Origin: an uncultured Syntrophaceae bacterium
GTDB lineage: Bacteria; Desulfobacterota; Syntrophia; Syntrophales; UBA2192
Assembly (NCBI GenBank): GCA_964628025.1
Contig: CAZVLL010000004.1
Coordinates: forward strand, 118,416 to 182,415
DNA length: 64,000 bases
Direction: 5' to 3'
Part shown: in pieces, positions 59,962 to 64,000 of the stretch
How the letters are laid out: each line of letters opens with the position of its first letter
Numbering within the stretch: the stretch's first letter is position 1
The notes under the pieces: model-generated
What the model was told of the DNA's origin: nothing
What the model saw: only the letters and a program-made list of their open reading frames with translations
The model's database searches: none
Position numbers and translations under genes: made by a program

Positions 59962-61482
59962 CTATGCCCTTCCATAGGTCTTCGTCATCTCGAGCAGCCA
60001 CCGTTCGAGACGTCCGCCGATTTTTCCCGGCCGAAGTCGCCAGCGCCAGTAATGTCCCTTTCCGGCCGGAAGGTTCATCCGGGCCTCTTCACCGAGCCCC
60101 AGAAGGTCCTGCATGGGGATAACGGCTGTACCCGAAATGGACATCATGGCAAGCCGGATCAAAGCCTCATGCACCCGCTCGGCTCCGACACTGAAACCAA
60201 GATAGTCAAACAGGCATTCCTTCTCCGACCGTCCGGCCTCTTTTTCGAACCAGCCCCTGACGGTATTGTTGTCGTGGGTCCCGGTATAGACGAAGTCCCG
60301 CTCGATATGGTTGTGCGGCATATGATGACTCGACGCACCTCCGGAACCGAAGGCAAAAAGAAGAACTCGCATGCCCGGCAACTCGACCCCGTCGAGAACG
60401 GCGCGGACGTCCGGCGTGATAAAGCCCAGGTCCTCGGCCACCAGGGCCTGTCGGTTCACCGTCCTCAGAAGGGTCCTGAAAAAATCAACGGCAGGAGCAT
60501 CGGTCCATCTCCCCTTCGCGGCTGTCCTGCTTTTCGCGGGAACTTCCCAGTACGAAACGAGGCCCCGGGAGTGATCGATCCGGATCAGGTCGAAGAGTTC
60601 CAGATTGTGGCGGATGCGGGAGACCCACCAGGAAAACCGGCTTTTTTTATGAGCGCCCCAATCATAAACAGGATTCCCCCACAGCTGCCCCGTCCGGCTG
60701 AAGCAGTCGGGCGGAACACCGGATACGAAGGCAGGACTGCCCTTCTCGTCCAGCTTGAAAAGAGAGGGGTTGCCCCAGACATCGGCGCTATCGTGGCGGA
60801 CATAATAGGGCAAGTCTCCCATGATGGAAATCCCGCGATCGCTGCAGTAGGCCTTGAGGGCCCGCCACTGACGGAAAAACAGAAACTGGAGGAACTTCTC
60901 TTGCTCTACCAGGGGAGCAATCTCTTCGATTCGGAGCCCCAGAGCCTTCATGCGCCGATCGCGAAATACCTCCGGCCATCGGGTCCATGCTTTTTTTCCA
61001 AAGACGATCTTGAGGGATCTGAAAAGGCAGTATTCATCGAGCCAGTGTCGTTGCCGGCTGTAGAAGGCTTCGAAGTCGGATTGAAATCTTCCCGGGCTAG
61101 CCGAAAAACGCCGCCAGGCCTCGCTCAGGATTTTCTTCTTGAAGGCGGCAGCGAGTTCATAATCGACGGCGTCAAAGGAAAAATATGGCGTCCCCGCAAG
61201 ATCATTCTTGCGCAGGAAACCCTCTTCGACGAGTTTTTCGGGACTGATGAAGAGGGAGTTTCCCGCGTAGGCTGACGAGCTGCTGTAGGGGGAATGGCCC
61301 GTTTGCCTGTCCGTGGGCACCAGAGGAAGGACCTGCCAGATTCTCTGCCCGGCACGATGAAGAAAATCGGCAAACCGGTACGCATCGGGCCCCAGATCGC
61401 CGATACCGAAACGGGACGGCAGGGAGCTCACATGGAAGAGAATTCCGCTTCGTCTCTCCACAGGTAACTCTTCATGTAGCAC
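59962..61482 (-). CDS. malQ: 4-alpha-glucanotransferase (GH77)
   Basis: GILFHVSSLP, GIGDLG, WQVLPL, GQLWGNP.YDW, RIDH, AEDLG, YTGTHDN. Confidence 0.93.
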   Translation of the reverse strand: MLHEELPVERRSGILFHVSSLPSRFGIGDLGPDAYRFADFLHRAGQRIWQVLPLVPTDRQTGHSPYSSSSAYAGNSLFISPEKLVEEGFLRKNDLAGTPYFSFDAVDYELAAAFKKKILSEAWRRFSASPGRFQSDFEAFYSRQRHWLDEYCLFRSLKIVFGKKAWTRWPEVFRDRRMKALGLRIEEIAPLVEQEKFLQFLFFRQWRALKAYCSDRGISIMGDLPYYVRHDSADVWGNPSLFKLDEKGSPAFVSGVPPDCFSRTGQLWGNPVYDWGAHKKSRFSWWVSRIRHNLELFDLIRIDHSRGLVSYWEVPAKSRTAAKGRWTDAPAVDFFRTLLRTVNRQALVAEDLGFITPDVRAVLDGVELPGMRVLLFAFGSGGASSHHMPHNHIERDFVYTGTHDNNTVRGWFEKEAGRSEKECLFDYLGFSVGAERVHEALIRLAMMSISGTAVIPMQDLLGLGEEARMNLPAGKGHYWRWRLRPGKIGGRLERWLLEMTKTYGRA

Positions 61483-61504
61483 TTTACTGTAATTCTCTAA
61501 CTAC

Positions 61505-62323
61505 TTACGATAAAACAATTTCTCCACACAAGACTGTAACAGCCCGTCCCCCGATGAGGACACGGTCATCCTTGAGACCGACGCGCAGAATCCCGCCCCG
61601 TGACGAGACCTGGTAGGCCACGAGCGCCTTCTTTCCCAATTTTTCACCCCAGTAAGGTCCGAGGCAACAGTGGGCCGATCCCGTCACGGGATCCTCGTCC
61701 ACACCTACGGCGGGCGCGAAAAAACGCGAGACGAAGTCATAGCCGGCTAACCGGCTGCGGCTCGTCACGATGACTCCCCTCATGTCCACTTTTTTCAAGC
61801 GGGTCATGTCGGGATTGAGACGGCGAACGGTAGCTTCGTCTCCCACCTCGATCAGATAGTCAAAGCGGTTTCGTCCCGAATACAAAGGCTTCACTCCGAG
61901 GGCCCCGATCAGCTCCGTCGGAGCGGCGGCGGCTCTTTCCGGTTCGGAGGGAAAATCCATCTCAATCCAGTCATCCTGCTTTTCCGCGGACAGAACACCG
62001 CTGCGGGTGTGGAACAGGGCCCTTTCACCTGCTGCAAGCTCACCGCTCTCCCAGAGGATATGGGCGCTCGCCAGGGTGGCGTGTCCGCAGAGATCGACCT
62101 CGACGGCGGGAGTGAACCAGCGCAGAGTGTAGCTGCCGTCGGCCCGCTTTTCCAGAAACGCCGTCTCCGACAGGTTCATCTCCCGGGCCACGTCCTGCCT
62201 CCAGCCGTCGTCGCGGGGCTCTTTCAAAATGCACACAGCGGCGGGGTTACCCTTGAAGGGACGGTCTGTGAATGCGTCAACAATGAAAATCGTTTGTTTC
62301 ACAGGTGAAACTCCCCGGATCAC
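61505..62323 (-). CDS. PhzF family isomerase
   Basis: VDAFT..PFKGNPAAV, EMNLSETAF, EVDLCGHATLA, EDPVTGSAH. Confidence 0.92.
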   Translation of the reverse strand: MIRGVSPVKQTIFIVDAFTDRPFKGNPAAVCILKEPRDDGWRQDVAREMNLSETAFLEKRADGSYTLRWFTPAVEVDLCGHATLASAHILWESGELAAGERALFHTRSGVLSAEKQDDWIEMDFPSEPERAAAAPTELIGALGVKPLYSGRNRFDYLIEVGDEATVRRLNPDMTRLKKVDMRGVIVTSRSRLAGYDFVSRFFAPAVGVDEDPVTGSAHCCLGPYWGEKLGKKALVAYQVSSRGGILRVGLKDDRVLIGGRAVTVLCGEIVLS

Positions 62324-62341
62324 TTCTCAAGGTACAGCGGT

Positions 62342-62791
62342 TCATTTGGCAGGCTCAGGTTTCAAGAGAACCTGCTTGCTGTTGTTGGCTTTGCTGGCCT
62401 CTTCGATCTGATCCGTGGGGTCCAGCCACACCCTGATCGCCGTGGGTTCCTGGATTCGTATGGGGCTTGTATACGTCATCGACCCGCCGGGATTCCGGAG
62501 AGCACGGTTCGGGTCCGAAGCCCACAGTGTCGCATAGTCCACGAACTGCACGCCGATCATGATCACGAAACAGGCCGCATACGATTCTGTCGACACCCAG
62601 GCCTTGTCAGGAAGGGACCCCGGGCCTGCGTTGCGGATCTCCACGACGATATTCCCCGACGGATTCAGATAAATCTTGTCGACGACCAGATCGGGCTTTA
62701 ACGTGGTGTCCTGGGCCAATGCCGAAAAAGCCGGGCACAGCAAGGCCCCGACGGTGATCAGCATGATGACGAATCGATTCATGCGTCGCAT
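62342..62791 (-). CDS. Secreted protein with CARDB-like Ig domain
   Basis: Signal peptide, KPDLVV, IRNAG, DPTDQIEEASKANN. Confidence 0.65.
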   Translation of the reverse strand: MRRMNRFVIMLITVGALLCPAFSALAQDTTLKPDLVVDKIYLNPSGNIVVEIRNAGPGSLPDKAWVSTESYAACFVIMIGVQFVDYATLWASDPNRALRNPGGSMTYTSPIRIQEPTAIRVWLDPTDQIEEASKANNSKQVLLKPEPAK

Positions 62792-62839
62792 GGCTTCCTC
62801 CGTTTTTCCATGAATGTTTCTTTCCAAGCTCGCGGGCCG

Positions 62840-63682
62840 TCACATGATGTAGCTGTGAAGGCTGTCGAGGTAGTTCACCCCCAGATAGGTAAAGAGGACC
62901 GACGCAAAACCAAGGATGGCCATGAGCGCGACACGCTTTCCCCGCCAGCCCCTTACAAGCCGTGCATGGAGCAGTGCGGCATAGACGAGCCACGTGATCA
63001 GCGACCAGGTTTCCTTCGGATCCCAGCTCCAGTAGGACCCCCATGCGAAGTTGGCCCAGACCGATCCCGTGATGATCCCGAGAGAAAGAAAAATGAATCC
63101 CATGATCGTGCTGTGGTAGATGAGGTCCTCGATGGCCCCATCGTCGGGGAAATGGCTCCCGCGGCCTTTCGAGGGGTTCTCCGTGCCGGTCACAAATCGC
63201 CGTGCGAAGAACAGGATCCCCAGCCCGAACGCGATCGTGAAGGCCCCGTATCCCATGAAGCATGTCACGACGTGGCTTGTGAGCCAGTTGCTCTGCAGGG
63301 CCGGAATGAGCGGCTGGATTCGTGCCGCCTCGTCCGGAGAGAGCGACGCATAGGCCATAGACAGAAACGCTACCGGCGTGACGAACGGCCCGAGGACCCG
63401 GTTCCGGATCCGCCATTCCATCACGAGATACAGCAGCATGATCGCCCAGGAAAAGAAAATCATCGATTCGTAGAAATTGGCAAGCGGCGCATGTCCGATC
63501 CCGAGCCGGTAGGACTCCCACCAGCGAATCCCGATGCCGACGGTGTGAAGCGCCAGCCCCGAGAGGGCTGTGCCCGTGGCAAGCTTTCCCCAGTACTCGT
63601 CATCCCTTAACATCCGGATGAGATAAAAGGCCATGGCGACGAGGTAGATCACCGTTGCCCAGCCCAGCATTTTCGTATTCAT
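62840..63682 (-). CDS. ccsA: Cytochrome c biogenesis system II protein CcsA/ResC
   Basis: HAPLANFYES, PALQSNWL..HV, WWD motif WANFAWGSYWSWDPKETW, LHSY. Confidence 0.92.
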   Translation of the reverse strand: MNTKMLGWATVIYLVAMAFYLIRMLRDDEYWGKLATGTALSGLALHTVGIGIRWWESYRLGIGHAPLANFYESMIFFSWAIMLLYLVMEWRIRNRVLGPFVTPVAFLSMAYASLSPDEAARIQPLIPALQSNWLTSHVVTCFMGYGAFTIAFGLGILFFARRFVTGTENPSKGRGSHFPDDGAIEDLIYHSTIMGFIFLSLGIITGSVWANFAWGSYWSWDPKETWSLITWLVYAALLHARLVRGWRGKRVALMAILGFASVLFTYLGVNYLDSLHSYIM

Positions 63683-64000
63683 GACGATTCACCCTTGTAG
63701 GATCGGATGATCTTCTCGATTTCCCGGTCCAGCTTCACGGGGTCCCGGTTGCATCGCCCGGCGACGCAGACACGTATCTTGCCGTGCGTTCGGTCGACAC
63801 GGACAAAGACCTCCCGATGCGAGGAAAGAAAGGTCAGAAGAAACCCTGCGACCAGAAGAAAAGCCCCCGTCCCGACCACGGGAACCCCGGGGTCCCGGTT
63901 GACCTTGAGCCCCGTATAGTAACTGGTCTCGATCCCCGAGAGCAGGAACCGGTAGGGCCGGTAGAGGTCGGTATTGAATTGGGGAATCATTTTCGTGATC
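63679..64000 (-). CDS. resB: Cytochrome c biogenesis protein ResB/CcsB, C-terminal part (truncated by window edge)
   Basis: YTGLKVNRDPGVPVV, SHREVFV; overlaps ccsA start. Confidence 0.8.
   Translation of the reverse strand, partial: ITKMIPQFNTDLYRPYRFLLSGIETSYYTGLKVNRDPGVPVVGTGAFLLVAGFLLTFLSSHREVFVRVDRTHGKIRVCVAGRCNRDPVKLDREIEKIIRSYKGESS

Noticed and set aside
1-64000. CRISPR arrays, tRNA/rRNA genes, transposases, prophage
   Set aside because: No regularly spaced direct repeats, cloverleafs, or transposase/phage proteins recognised by eye; not confirmed computationally.

Overview
GC-rich bacterial chromosomal window, most likely from an anaerobic deltaproteobacterium (Desulfobacterota/Syntrophales-like; inferred from gene content, not tested). 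It has no rRNA, tRNA, CRISPR array or intact transposase that I can recognise. 1-16.4 kb is housekeeping (radC end, site-2 protease, IHF, rluB, scpAB, trpS, tRNA nucleotidyltransferase, mltA, recN, nadK, RdgC-like, a RelE-type toxin-antitoxin pair, hisC, radical SAM, mnmG). 17-21.2 kb is an ECF sigma/anti-sigma/VIT-vWA operon. 21.4-44.6 kb is a large nitrogen/glutamine cluster: a NifA-like GAF-AAA+-HTH activator, a stand-alone HTH paralog, split glutamate synthase, glnA, carAB, purF, two amtB-PII pairs flanking an MCE ABC operon, and an internally deleted DapB homologue. 44.9-64 kb is mixed metabolism, including a prenyltransferase plus methyltransferase-permease fusion plus ATPase cluster. 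The best candidate for an undescribed system is the nitrogen regulatory circuit. A 69-aa HTH-only copy of the activator's DNA-binding domain lies directly downstream of the activator. ACA-N4-TGT boxes, mostly repeated at 29-30 bp spacing, sit upstream of sigma54 promoters for both amtB genes and the catalytically dead DapB-like gene, and overlap candidate sigma70 promoters of the activator and the glutamate synthase operon.
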